Shown: piece by piece, positions 1 to 9,495 of the stretch
Numbering within the stretch: position 1 is the stretch's first letter
How the letters are laid out: each line of letters begins with the position of its first letter
Source of the DNA: Candidatus Altiarchaeota archaeon
Lineage (GTDB): Archaea; Altiarchaeota; Altiarchaeia; IMC4; SCGC-AAA252-I15
NCBI GenBank assembly: GCA_043800255.1
Contig: JAZDNF010000009.1
Location: 160,001-224,000 of the forward strand
Length of the DNA stretch: 64,000 bases
Reading direction: 5' to 3'
Notes under the pieces: model-generated
Seen by the model: the letters and a program-made list of their open reading frames with translations, nothing else
Told to the model about the DNA's origin: nothing
The model's database searches: none
Translations under genes and position numbers: made by a program

Positions 1-3
1 GGA

Positions 4-498
4 GTGACAAGACACGCGGATTACATATTCTTCATGAGCCTCCTGAATTCTAAGAAGAGGAGGTACCTGGTCGAGGAGCAGCTGATCGGAGCGCCGCTTG
101 TGAAAAAGCTGGGCATCACTCCGATACCGATGGGCTATCTGCTCATAAGCACGAGCAGGGAGCAGACTACTGTCGAGAAGGTTGCGGATCCTGACATCAT
201 AAGGGCGTCTGACATTGAGAAGGCGAAAGCGTATGCGCTGACTGCGCAGTACTTTGGGATGCACTGCGTCTACCTTGAGGCAGGCTCCGGCGCCGACAAG
301 CCGGTCCCGCCTCAGATGGTAGAAGAGGTTAAGGGCTTCCTGGAAGTCCCCCTAATCGTCGGCGGGGGCATAAAGGATTCTGTGAGCGCCGAAAAAGCGG
401 CAACGGCAGGCGCCGATGCCATAGTCACAGGCACCATCGGCGAGCGGGACACTAAGACCCTGGCAGACATCATAAGAAAGGTTAAGGGATTGCGATAA
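4..498 (+). CDS. Geranylgeranylglyceryl phosphate synthase (PcrB/GGGPS family), 5' end truncated by the window
   Basis: FFMSLLNS, PMGYL, YLEAGSGA, IVGGGI and IVTGT motifs. Confidence 0.9.
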   Translation: MTRHADYIFFMSLLNSKKRRYLVEEQLIGAPLVKKLGITPIPMGYLLISTSREQTTVEKVADPDIIRASDIEKAKAYALTAQYFGMHCVYLEAGSGADKPVPPQMVEEVKGFLEVPLIVGGGIKDSVSAEKAATAGADAIVTGTIGERDTKTLADIIRKVKGLR

Positions 499-499
499 G

Positions 500-1105
500 A
501 TGAAGGTCGGCCTGATAGACTACGGAGCAGGGAACCTGAGGAGCATAAAGAACGCGCTCACACTGCTGAAGGCTGAAACGCTCATTGTCGAAAAGCCCGA
601 ACAGTTGGCTGATGTAGATGCTATCATACTGCCTGGCGTCGGGAATTTCGGAGATGCCATGGAGAAGCTCAAGGACTTCAGGAAGCCGCTGGAGGATGCC
701 ATAAGCTCCGGAGTCCCTTTCATGGGATTGTGCCTTGGGATACAGATACTGCTTGAGGGTAGCGACGAATCGCCTGGCGCGGAAGGCCTTGGAATCTTCG
801 AAGGACGGTGCGAGAGGCTCCCCAGGAGAGTTAAGATCCCTCACATGGGCTGGAACGCCTTGGACATCGTGAGAGACGACCCCATACTTGGAGGGCTGAA
901 GGACGGCGATGACGTATATTTTGTGCACTCCTATTTTCCAAATCCCAAAGACAAGAGATTGATAATAGCTGAGACAGACTATGGATTAAGGTTTCCATCG
1001 CTCATAGGCGATGGAACAGTATATGCTACGCAGTTCCACCCTGAGAAGAGCGGTAAAAATGGGTTGAAGATTCTGGACAACTTCCTCAGCATCGGGCGCA
1101 AGTGA
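500..1105 (+). CDS. hisH: Imidazole glycerol phosphate synthase glutaminase subunit
   Basis: IDYGAGN, LPGVG, GLCLG, PHMGWN, YFVHSY and QFHPEKS motifs. Confidence 0.97.
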   Translation: MKVGLIDYGAGNLRSIKNALTLLKAETLIVEKPEQLADVDAIILPGVGNFGDAMEKLKDFRKPLEDAISSGVPFMGLCLGIQILLEGSDESPGAEGLGIFEGRCERLPRRVKIPHMGWNALDIVRDDPILGGLKDGDDVYFVHSYFPNPKDKRLIIAETDYGLRFPSLIGDGTVYATQFHPEKSGKNGLKILDNFLSIGRK

Positions 1106-1142
1106 ATAGTAGAGTCTAATCTCAAAGGGATGCGATAGTCCA

Positions 1143-1313
1143 TCATCTGCCTACCCTTTGCAATCTGGCATAGGTTACCCTCTTCGAAGCAGGTCTTGTA
1201 ACCCAGAGCATCGCTCGTTTTAATGCCTCGAAAATGCCTAACACTAGGCCGAGCCTCAGCACCTTGGCTCCGTAGAAGATAACCCGGAACAACAGGTCTA
1301 CAGACTCTATCAT
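1143..1313 (-). CDS. Putative small hydrophobic protein, 56 aa (not in the ORF track)
   Basis: Manual translation MIESVDLLFRVIFYGAKVLRLGLVLGIFEALKRAMLW...; ATG lies 1 nt after the stop of the upstream small ORF. Confidence 0.45.
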   Translation of the reverse strand: MIESVDLLFRVIFYGAKVLRLGLVLGIFEALKRAMLWVTRPASKRVTYARLQRVGR

Positions 1314-1314
1314 C

Positions 1315-1401
1315 TCAGACCACCCACCCTGTGAGCATTCTCACCAACGTCCAACCGTAGAAGACTAGTTCCACGGTCCTTAACATGGTTATTTTGTCCA
1401 T
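1315..1401 (-). CDS. Putative small hydrophobic peptide, 28 aa (not in the ORF track)
   Basis: MDKITMLRTVELVFYGWTLVRMLTGWVV, preceded by a GGGGTGA RBS-like motif. Confidence 0.45.
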   Translation of the reverse strand: MDKITMLRTVELVFYGWTLVRMLTGWVV

Positions 1402-1598
1402 TCACATCACCCCCAATTTAAGGGATAGGTTGGCCGCACGTCAACTTATGGTTACGCTCGTTCTCGTTCCCTGCATCACCTCCTGTCGTGTTTTCATATT
1501 ATACTGTAATATACTAGGTTAGCCCGATAAAAGAATATGGTGACAAATCAGGGTGACAATAGTGTTAAAACAGTGTCAGGGCAAGAATAGGGTCATTT

Positions 1599-4500
1599 CT
1601 ATCTGATAGGCAGGACCACGCTAAAAATCGAACCCCTACCCTCCTCGCTCTCTACTCCGATAGTGCCCTGATGAGCCTCGACGATCTTCTTACAAACAGC
1701 GAGCCCTAGTCCAACACCCTTGTATTTCCTCCTTCGGGAGGAGTCAACCTGGTAGAAACTCTCGAATATTTTACCAACCTCGCCCTTGGGTATCCCGATG
1801 CCAGTATCCTTAATCTTGATGACGATGTTCCTGCCCAATCTAGAAACGCTGACTGTTATGCTCCCGCCGCGGGGCGTGAACTTGAGGGCATTGTCCAGAA
1901 GGTTGGAGACGACCTGAGACAGCCTGTCACTGTCACACCTGATGAGTGGAATCTTAGAAGGCATTCTGAAACCCAAGTTTATGCCCGACCGCTCGGCAGC
2001 AGGCCTGACATAGTTCACAACATCTTTGACGACTGTTCTAACGTCCAGCTTACGGAAGTTGAACTCCAGCTGGCCGGCCTCTATCCTGCTAAGGTCGAGT
2101 ATGTCGTTCACCAGCTTTATGAGAGCGTCGATGTTCTTCACCATGATGTCGATCTTCTCCTTCTGTTTGGGGTTCAAAATGCCGAACGTCTCGTCCTGGA
2201 GCAGCTCGCCGTAGCCTCTGAGTATGGTCAGAGGCGTCTGAAGCTCGTGGGATGCTATGGAGACGAACTCAGACTTCAGGTTGTCAAGCTCCTTGAGCTG
2301 CTCGTGAGCCTCCTGCAATCTCCTGTAGTTGTCCTCAAGCTGCTCCTGCATTTCCATCCTCTTGGTGACGTCCCTGAAAACGTAGACCGCCGAGGTTATC
2401 CCCCCTGCAGAGTCCTTCAGCGGGTAGGCTCTCACATCATGCCATATCCTCCTGCCTTTTTCAATGTGGTGATGCAGGTCTGCCGATTTTTTTCCGCTCT
2501 TGAACATTTCAGACACGACGCAATAGGAGCAGGGTTTCTTGAAATTGTGGATGACACTGTAACAGGACACGCCCTCAATCCTCTTTTTAGGCTTCCTCAG
2601 GCTCTTTCTGAAGGCCTCATTGTAGCTCACAATCCGCATGTCTCTGTTTATGACCACAAGGCCCTCGTCTATCGCATTGATTATCGTTTCAAGATGGTTC
2701 TTGATGGAGAGTATCTCCTCCTGGGCCCTCTTTCTTTCGGTTATGTCATGTATTACGGCGATCCCTCCCAGGATATCCCCCTTCTCATCGCGCAATGGAA
2801 AATAGTGCCCCTCAAAGTAACCGGTATTCCCTGTTTCGGGCACGATGTAAGGCCTATCCTCTGCAATGACCGTCTCGCCCCTCAGAGCGGCCTTGAAGAA
2901 CTTGTCTTCTCCGGTCTTTTTCAGGAATGGGAAGACGTCGAATGCGACCCTCCCCAACGCTTTGCCATTTTTTATACCAGATATCCTCTCCATACCTGGA
3001 TTCCATATGATGTACCTGAACTTCCTGTCAAAGGCCAGGATGCCGTCAACGCTCCCAGTGATCACGCCCGCTGAGAGGATTTTCTCCCTAAGCATCGCCT
3101 CCTGGGCCCTCTTCTCCTCAGTGATGTCGTGGAAGGCTGCCTGAATGTATCTCTTACCGCTGATTTCAACATCTGTTGTTGAGATCTCAATGTCCCTGAC
3201 TTCGCCGTTCTTTCTTATGATCTGAAGCTCATAGCGCGGTGGGACATACTTCCCCTTATCCCTCTTCTTTATCCTCTCCAGCACCAGCTTCCTCGAACTG
3301 GGGGCGATGGTACTCAAGAGCTGTTTCTTCTTGAACTCATCAAGAGACGTGTAGCCGTATATTTTCAGGAGCGCATCATTGGCGTCCACGATACGGTTGC
3401 CCTGCGATATGCCGATGCCCTCGATCGAGCTCTCGAAGAGGCTCCTGTATTTGGCCTCCGATGCCGCAAGCTCCCTCTCAGCCTTCTTTCTTGCAGTTAT
3501 GTCCCTGAAGATGCCCTCAACCCCGAGAACCTTGCCATCTTTGTCCCTGTAGTAGTGGGAGCTGGTGCTCACCGTAAAGACGCTGCCGTCCCTCCGCCTC
3601 AATTCAACCTCATAGTCCGCCACCCAGCCACTCTTTTTCAGATCGCGGAGGAACTTCTTCCTGTCCTTAGGATGGGCATAGATGCTATTGGCGACGTCTA
3701 AGCCTAGCATATCATCGGGGGATGCGTAGCCGAGTTTCTTCGCAGTTGACGGGGAGACCCAGACGAACCTGCCTTTCGCGTCCGTCCTGTAGAAGGCGTC
3801 CTGCATGCTGTTGAAGACTGAGCGCAGGCGCTCCTCGCTCTCCTTCAAGGCCTCAACAGCCTTTTTCCGCTCTGTGATGTCCTCGATTACGCCGTCAATA
3901 TAGGTTAGACTTCCTTTTTTGTCGTTTACAAGCACTGCTGAGACCGAGCCGATGAACTGTGTGCCGTCTTTTCTCTTGAGATGCAGCTCCTCGTCCTTTA
4001 CAAAACCCTGTCTTCTTATCTTTCTGATGAATTTCAGCCTGTCCTTAGGATTCTGGTATGTATCCCTGACCTTGGCCTTGAGGAATTCACCGCGGTCTTT
4101 ATAGCCCATCCGCCTGATGAGGGCTGGATTAGACTCAATGAATCTGCCGTCTCCCTCGACTGTGCTCCTGTAGACTCCGACGTTCAGGTTCTCGGTCAGC
4201 GTCTTGTACTTTTCCTCGCTCACCTTAAGCTGTTCGTATAGATTCTGCAGCTCCTTGAAGTTGGACTTTAAAATCACCTCGTTTGCTCGCTGAGTCCCCT
4301 CAAGTTTCTTCCGCTTCGTGATATCCCTCACGGCTGCGATAAAACCGCTGGGCTTCCCCTGCGAGTTCTTCACCAAGGCAGCGTTTAATTCGCCGGTGAA
4401 ACGGGTTCTGTCCTTCCTCAGCATGGCATACTCAAGATCCCTTACGACACCCTCCCTGAAAGTTTTGCGAAGGTTCTTAAGCGCCCGCTGACGGTCTTCC

Positions 4501-5066
4501 GGCGCTATAAAATCCAAAGCATTCTTTCCAAGCATATCCTCAGGCTTTCTGAAACCGTGCAACCTCAGGGTTTGGGGCGAGACGAAGGTTAGGCTCCCTT
4601 CAAGGTCGGACATCGTAACAGCCTCGGGAGACGTCCTTACTAGGCCCCTGTAGAGTTCCTCAGAAGACCTGATAGCATCTTCTGCCGCTTTCCACTCGGT
4701 TATGTTACGCGCTACGCCAAGCACTCCGACAATCTTGCCATTGTGCACTATCGGATTAGCATCAACCTCCAGTTCGACAAGCGTCTTTTTCTTCGTGACA
4801 AGGGAAATCCGGTAGGGTTTGACCTTCAAACCGCGCACCCTCCTGATGAAGTTCTTACGGGACAATTCAGCCGATTTTTTTGTGAAGAACCTGTCGAATT
4901 TCCTGTTGATGACCTCAGAAGCCTTATAGCCTGTGAGCTTAAGCGCGACCTTGTTGACGTAGATGAACCTGCCATCCATGTTTAACGCGAACACTATGTC
5001 GTTCAGCTTGTCAGCTACGGAGATGAAATCAGACGAACCCAGACTTTCCAAAGCCCTTCGTGGCAT
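1599..5066 (-). CDS. Cytoplasmic multi-PAS (about 7 PAS/PAC) sensor histidine kinase
   Basis: Repeated DITxxK PAC ends; SHELQTPLT H-box, NLLDNALKFT N-box, DTGIGIP and GLGLAV. Confidence 0.95.
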   Translation of the reverse strand: MPRRALESLGSSDFISVADKLNDIVFALNMDGRFIYVNKVALKLTGYKASEVINRKFDRFFTKKSAELSRKNFIRRVRGLKVKPYRISLVTKKKTLVELEVDANPIVHNGKIVGVLGVARNITEWKAAEDAIRSSEELYRGLVRTSPEAVTMSDLEGSLTFVSPQTLRLHGFRKPEDMLGKNALDFIAPEDRQRALKNLRKTFREGVVRDLEYAMLRKDRTRFTGELNAALVKNSQGKPSGFIAAVRDITKRKKLEGTQRANEVILKSNFKELQNLYEQLKVSEEKYKTLTENLNVGVYRSTVEGDGRFIESNPALIRRMGYKDRGEFLKAKVRDTYQNPKDRLKFIRKIRRQGFVKDEELHLKRKDGTQFIGSVSAVLVNDKKGSLTYIDGVIEDITERKKAVEALKESEERLRSVFNSMQDAFYRTDAKGRFVWVSPSTAKKLGYASPDDMLGLDVANSIYAHPKDRKKFLRDLKKSGWVADYEVELRRRDGSVFTVSTSSHYYRDKDGKVLGVEGIFRDITARKKAERELAASEAKYRSLFESSIEGIGISQGNRIVDANDALLKIYGYTSLDEFKKKQLLSTIAPSSRKLVLERIKKRDKGKYVPPRYELQIIRKNGEVRDIEISTTDVEISGKRYIQAAFHDITEEKRAQEAMLREKILSAGVITGSVDGILAFDRKFRYIIWNPGMERISGIKNGKALGRVAFDVFPFLKKTGEDKFFKAALRGETVIAEDRPYIVPETGNTGYFEGHYFPLRDEKGDILGGIAVIHDITERKRAQEEILSIKNHLETIINAIDEGLVVINRDMRIVSYNEAFRKSLRKPKKRIEGVSCYSVIHNFKKPCSYCVVSEMFKSGKKSADLHHHIEKGRRIWHDVRAYPLKDSAGGITSAVYVFRDVTKRMEMQEQLEDNYRRLQEAHEQLKELDNLKSEFVSIASHELQTPLTILRGYGELLQDETFGILNPKQKEKIDIMVKNIDALIKLVNDILDLSRIEAGQLEFNFRKLDVRTVVKDVVNYVRPAAERSGINLGFRMPSKIPLIRCDSDRLSQVVSNLLDNALKFTPRGGSITVSVSRLGRNIVIKIKDTGIGIPKGEVGKIFESFYQVDSSRRRKYKGVGLGLAVCKKIVEAHQGTIGVESEEGRGSIFSVVLPIR

Positions 5067-5067
5067 T

Positions 5068-5439
5068 CTAATCTTCCAACGAGCTTATTACCCTTAACAG
5101 CTGCCTCTTGTCGAACGGTTTGACCAGATAATCTGACACAACGTCCTGCAGGCCGAATATCTCAACGCCTGGGCCCTTCTCCACAGTCAGTATCAGGACC
5201 TTTGACTTGTCGGTGACCTTCTTCTCCTTCAGGCTCTTCAGAACCTGCCAGCCGTCCATGCCAGGCATCCTAATGTCCAATACCAGGATGTCGGGCGGGG
5301 ACTGCACTACCTTTCTGATGCACTCCTCGCCGCTCAGCGCGGTTGAAACCTTGTGGCCGTGAGACTCGAGCATGTGCTTCAGGATTTCGACCATGTCAGC
5401 CTCATCGTCCACCACCATGATGTTTGCCAACTCATTCAC
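5068..5439 (-). CDS. Single-domain response regulator (REC)
   Basis: VVDDE, LDIRMPGMDG and KPF motifs. Confidence 0.95.
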   Translation of the reverse strand: MNELANIMVVDDEADMVEILKHMLESHGHKVSTALSGEECIRKVVQSPPDILVLDIRMPGMDGWQVLKSLKEKKVTDKSKVLILTVEKGPGVEIFGLQDVVSDYLVKPFDKRQLLRVISSLED

Positions 5440-6913
5440 CCCCTTCAGGTCCGACCGGACTTGTTAATATCTTCTTGCCTCTCTCAGTGACCTCGAGAAG
5501 CTTGTACTTGCCGTCCTTTATGACCTTCAGCAGGCCCTTGGATTCCAGCTCGGTTATCCTGCTCCTTGCAGTCGTTTTAGTGATCGAGAACCTGCTTGTG
5601 ACATCGACGAAGGACGGCATCTTCCTCCCCCTGTTCTCGTTGTGGACGAACTCCAGAAGCTCGTAGGATTTCTCAGGCAGGACTATGCTGTCAGCCCCGC
5701 TGACATTGTGGAGCTCCTGATACAGGAGTGAGAGCTCGTTGAGCTTCAGGGTGTCCGGGTTCACAGAGACCAGCAGGATGCACCTGCCGCTCATGATACT
5801 GTCATTCAGGGACTGTATGAACCTCAGAACATCCTCGAAGCTGTTCTGCACTATCAGATAGTCCAGCCTCTGCAGCAGTATGACAGAATCGATGTTGTGC
5901 GAGATGAAATCTTTTATTATCAGCCTCAACCTTTTCAGGTCGGTCGGCTTGACAGACTTCTCATCGGACTCGCCGTCCGTAAGCCATAGTATCGGAGTGG
6001 TCCGCAGATTGTACCGTTCCCTGACCTCTGTAGGCCGCAACCGGGAGATGCAGAAACCGTAGTGGCCTTTGGAAATCAGGTCCAGAAATATCTCAAAGCT
6101 CTTCTCGTGGTCTGGGTCTCTGACGAGATAGGAGTGACCCTCCTTCAGCCGGTACTTTGGCTTGTAGTCCTTGACCTTCTCCTTCTTCGGGGTCAGATGC
6201 ATGCCCCTGATCTTGGCCTCCTGCATCAGCATGGCCGCGCAGAAGATGAGCAGCAGGTTGGCGACGAGGTCGAACATCACGCCAGTGAACCGTGTCAGAT
6301 ACTTGGAACTAATGTCGAGAGCCGAGACGTAGTAGTACGTTCTGAGAGACGGGTCAACCAGGAGCAGAACCGAACCAAAGCGTGCGCTGGCATACACGAT
6401 GTTATGGTACTCGGGTATGTAGTTTCTGGCTATCTTCCCTATCGACAGGTAGACGATGACCAGAAGGATTATGCTGAGGTTGTATGCGATAAGGTCCAAT
6501 AATATGATGGCTGACAGTTCCCTGAAGACATAGGCTAGCAGGGGTACGCCAACCCCTATGATGCCAAGTGAGATGCACGTTGCCTTGGTCTTCCCTATGC
6601 TTATCTTCTGGAACCTCAGCAGCGACACTGACGCATAGGCTGCGGCAGACGTTCCCAACAGCAGGATGAGGTCGGCGATTATCCTATTGGAGAGAAACGT
6701 GTCCCCGTACTTCCAGTAGTCGTAGGTCTTCAGGGCAGAATAGAGTATCCCGGAAACGAGGGCTACTAGAAAAAGCCTCCACTGCGTCCTGTATTTGGTG
6801 TATACTTCGATGTTGTAGGAGAGCATGGTCAGGACTATGAACGGAAAAGACCAGGTCACCCACGTCAGGACGTTCGTAGCAGCAACTATTGTGTTTGGCA
6901 TCACCCTCCCCAA
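5432..6913 (-). CDS. Multi-TM membrane protein with a DUF835 (inactive KaiC-like) domain and C-terminal winged HTH
   Basis: About 7 hydrophobic segments; CISR..P, TPILWLT and LDYLIVQNSFEDVLRF; C-terminal ITKTTARSRITELESKGLL. Confidence 0.8.
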   Translation of the reverse strand: MGRVMPNTIVAATNVLTWVTWSFPFIVLTMLSYNIEVYTKYRTQWRLFLVALVSGILYSALKTYDYWKYGDTFLSNRIIADLILLLGTSAAAYASVSLLRFQKISIGKTKATCISLGIIGVGVPLLAYVFRELSAIILLDLIAYNLSIILLVIVYLSIGKIARNYIPEYHNIVYASARFGSVLLLVDPSLRTYYYVSALDISSKYLTRFTGVMFDLVANLLLIFCAAMLMQEAKIRGMHLTPKKEKVKDYKPKYRLKEGHSYLVRDPDHEKSFEIFLDLISKGHYGFCISRLRPTEVRERYNLRTTPILWLTDGESDEKSVKPTDLKRLRLIIKDFISHNIDSVILLQRLDYLIVQNSFEDVLRFIQSLNDSIMSGRCILLVSVNPDTLKLNELSLLYQELHNVSGADSIVLPEKSYELLEFVHNENRGRKMPSFVDVTSRFSITKTTARSRITELESKGLLKVIKDGKYKLLEVTERGKKILTSPVGPEGGE

Positions 6914-6976
6914 TTAGTTATGATAATCGTCGAATAAAAGACCACTTTTTTAACGCATCACAAGATAGTTAACACC

Positions 6977-7318
6977 ATGTTGGACAGGGAGTCTCTGATG
7001 AGGGAGCTTATGGAATGCTCTGACGTGCCGGCCGTCGTCGAGGGTAGGAAGGACAGGGAAGCTCTGGCATCATTGGGGTTCGAGGATGTCGTGGAATTGA
7101 ACAATGGCGGCTCCCTGCTGTCGACTGTAGAGTCACTGCAGGATTGCGGCAGGGTCTCGATACTAACTGATCTGGACCAGGAGGGCAAGATACTGAGGAA
7201 GAAGCTGCTGAAGCTGTTTAATCTCTACGGCATCGCAGAATACAAAAAACCGAGGGAGATTCTCGCGAACATGAGAGTGCAACACGTTGAAAGCCTGAGG
7301 AGAGTGCAGTATGAGTGA
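6977..7318 (+). CDS. Small Toprim-domain protein (UPF0292/RNase M5-like)
   Basis: VVEGRKD and ILTDLDQEG motifs. Confidence 0.85.
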   Translation: MLDRESLMRELMECSDVPAVVEGRKDREALASLGFEDVVELNNGGSLLSTVESLQDCGRVSILTDLDQEGKILRKKLLKLFNLYGIAEYKKPREILANMRVQHVESLRRVQYE

Positions 7319-9038
7319 CAAGACGAGGGAGCCGATAATATCAGTATTGGGGCACGTTGACAGCGGCAAGACGACGCTGCTCGATTACATAAGGGAGAGC
7401 ACGGTATCCCAGAGGGAGGCGGGAGGGATAACACAGCACATCGGCGCCACAGACGTTCCTTTCGAGGTCGTGAGGAAATTATGCGGCCACCTGCTGGACA
7501 AGCTGAACCTGAAGATAATCATAAGAGGCCTCCTCTTCATCGACACCCCAGGCCACGCGGCGTTCATAAACCTCAGGAAGAGGGGCGGGAGCGTCGCAGA
7601 CATAGCGATACTGGTCGTGAACATAAACGAGGGGCTGATGCCGCAGACCATCGAATCCATAAACATCCTAAAACAGTATAAGACGCCGTTCATCGTCGCA
7701 GCTAACAAGGTCGACATGATAAGCGGGTGGATAAAAGACCAGCCGCTTGAAGCGCAACCGCAGCGCGTCAAAGACGAATTCTACAAGAAATTCTACATTC
7801 TGGTCGGCCAGATATCAGAGCACGGTTTCGACTCCGACCTGTATAACAACATAACGGACTTCACAAAGCAGGTTGCCATAGTCCCGCTCAGCGCCAGAAG
7901 CGGATACGGCATTCCCGAACTATTGATGATGCTAACAGGGCTTGCGCAGCAGTTCCTCTCCAAAAAACTGTCGGTTGAGATAACGTCCCCCGGGAGAGGC
8001 ACCATACTGGAGGTCAAGGAAGATGTGGGGCTGGGGACGACCATCGACGTGATACTGTATGATGGGATAATACGAAAGGGCGACCCGATAGTGGTCGGCG
8101 CAATCGGAGAGCCGATTGTTACTAAGGTTAAGGCCCTATTGAGGCCCAAATCGCTTGACGAGATGAGAGATCCAAGGGAAAAGTTCAAAAACGTCGACGA
8201 AGTTTATGCGGCATTCGGCGTGAAGATATCTGCTCCAAGCCTGGAGAGGGCGCTTCCCGGTGCGCCGGTCTACGTCGGGGGCCAGGAGCTTGTCGAGAAG
8301 GTCAGGAGGGAGATACAAGAGGTTGAAGTCTCAAAGGATGCGATAGGAGTGATAGTGAAGACTGACACTCTGGGATCGCTTGAGGCGATGATAAAGATAC
8401 TGTCAGACAACAATATCCCCATAAGGAAGGCTTCCATCGGAAAAGTGTCCAAACAGGATGTGACAGAAGCCATCTCAGTAGAGCAGGACAACAGGTTCCT
8501 CGGGGTCGTGCTCGCCTTCAACTCGCAGGTTCTTGAGAACGCCAGAAAGTCGGCCGAAGACAATAGGATCAGAATCATAGAGGGCAACATCATCTACAGG
8601 ATACTTGAAGACTATCAGGAGTACGTGAAAACCGAGAGGGAAGCCGAACGGCTGAAGAAGCTGAAGGAGGTCACCATGCCTGTCAAGTTCAGGATACTGC
8701 CAGGCCACACGTTCAGGCAGAGCAAGCCCGCGATAGCTGGAGTGGAGATAGTAGCCGGGACGTTGAGGACAGGCTACAGCATAATGCGCGACGACGGCAG
8801 GGTTATTGGAAAGATAAGGGGGATGCAGTCTGAGGGGGAGAGCATAGAGGAGGCCAAGGCAGGGGAGAAGGTGGCGGTCTCCATGGAAGACGTGACAATG
8901 GGCCGCAACCTCGACGAGAACGACATGGTCTACTCGTTCATACCATCAGAAGAGGTCGCGCAGCTAAGCAGGGACGACCTCAGCGACGAGGAGAGAAAAG
9001 TCCTGAAGGAGATACAGGAGATAAAGAAGAAAAGATGA
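7311..9038 (+). CDS. infB: Translation initiation factor aIF5B (IF-2 homolog)
   Basis: GHVDSGKTT, GGITQHIGA, DTPGH and NKVD; archaeal length. Confidence 0.97.
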   Translation: MSDKTREPIISVLGHVDSGKTTLLDYIRESTVSQREAGGITQHIGATDVPFEVVRKLCGHLLDKLNLKIIIRGLLFIDTPGHAAFINLRKRGGSVADIAILVVNINEGLMPQTIESINILKQYKTPFIVAANKVDMISGWIKDQPLEAQPQRVKDEFYKKFYILVGQISEHGFDSDLYNNITDFTKQVAIVPLSARSGYGIPELLMMLTGLAQQFLSKKLSVEITSPGRGTILEVKEDVGLGTTIDVILYDGIIRKGDPIVVGAIGEPIVTKVKALLRPKSLDEMRDPREKFKNVDEVYAAFGVKISAPSLERALPGAPVYVGGQELVEKVRREIQEVEVSKDAIGVIVKTDTLGSLEAMIKILSDNNIPIRKASIGKVSKQDVTEAISVEQDNRFLGVVLAFNSQVLENARKSAEDNRIRIIEGNIIYRILEDYQEYVKTEREAERLKKLKEVTMPVKFRILPGHTFRQSKPAIAGVEIVAGTLRTGYSIMRDDGRVIGKIRGMQSEGESIEEAKAGEKVAVSMEDVTMGRNLDENDMVYSFIPSEEVAQLSRDDLSDEERKVLKEIQEIKKKR

Positions 9039-9295
9039 CAGACTACGACCTCGAGATTGAGAGGATCATGAGGGAGATAAGAAACTCGAACGCGAAGGTG
9101 GTCGGCCTCCAGTTCCCGGAAGGCCTGAAAGAGAAGGCGGTCGAGATTGCTGAGAGGATAGAGGAGGAGACAGGCTGCATCGCAGTCATATTCGTAGACC
9201 CAACTTACGGAGCCTGCGACACCAAGGACTCCGTCTCAGAGAGGGTTGGCGTCGATTTGTTGGTTCATTTCGGCCACACTGAATTCGGCCTGTAG
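9035..9295 (+). CDS. Diphthamide synthesis Dph2 N-terminal domain only (86 aa)
   Basis: VGLQFPEGLK, PTYGACD and HFGH motifs, followed directly by a stop. Confidence 0.8.
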   Translation: MTDYDLEIERIMREIRNSNAKVVGLQFPEGLKEKAVEIAERIEEETGCIAVIFVDPTYGACDTKDSVSERVGVDLLVHFGHTEFGL

Positions 9296-9358
9296 GCATT
9301 AGTTTTCCTCTGCTCTAGGCCAGGCTATTTTTATGCGCCGCGAAAAAGTGAGTGTACA

Positions 9359-9448
9359 ATGAAAGCCAACAGCAGAGCAGAGGAAACCCTTAACATAATC
9401 TACTTTTCGATGCTCCTCACAGTAGGAGCGTCGGCGCTGATGTTCTGA
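9359..9448 (+). CDS. Putative 29-aa hydrophobic peptide (not in the ORF track)
   Basis: MKANSRAEETLNIIYFSMLLTVGASALMF; TTTTTATG about 25 bp upstream. Confidence 0.3.
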   Translation: MKANSRAEETLNIIYFSMLLTVGASALMF

Positions 9449-9495
9449 ATCAGAAGCCAATTTTGAGTCAGACGAAGGCGCAGTAGTTCAGAGCG

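Noticed and set aside
2026-4985. Plus-strand ORFs opposite the histidine kinase, and similar antisense ORFs across the window
   Set aside because: These are shadow frames of well-supported genes and carry no motifs.
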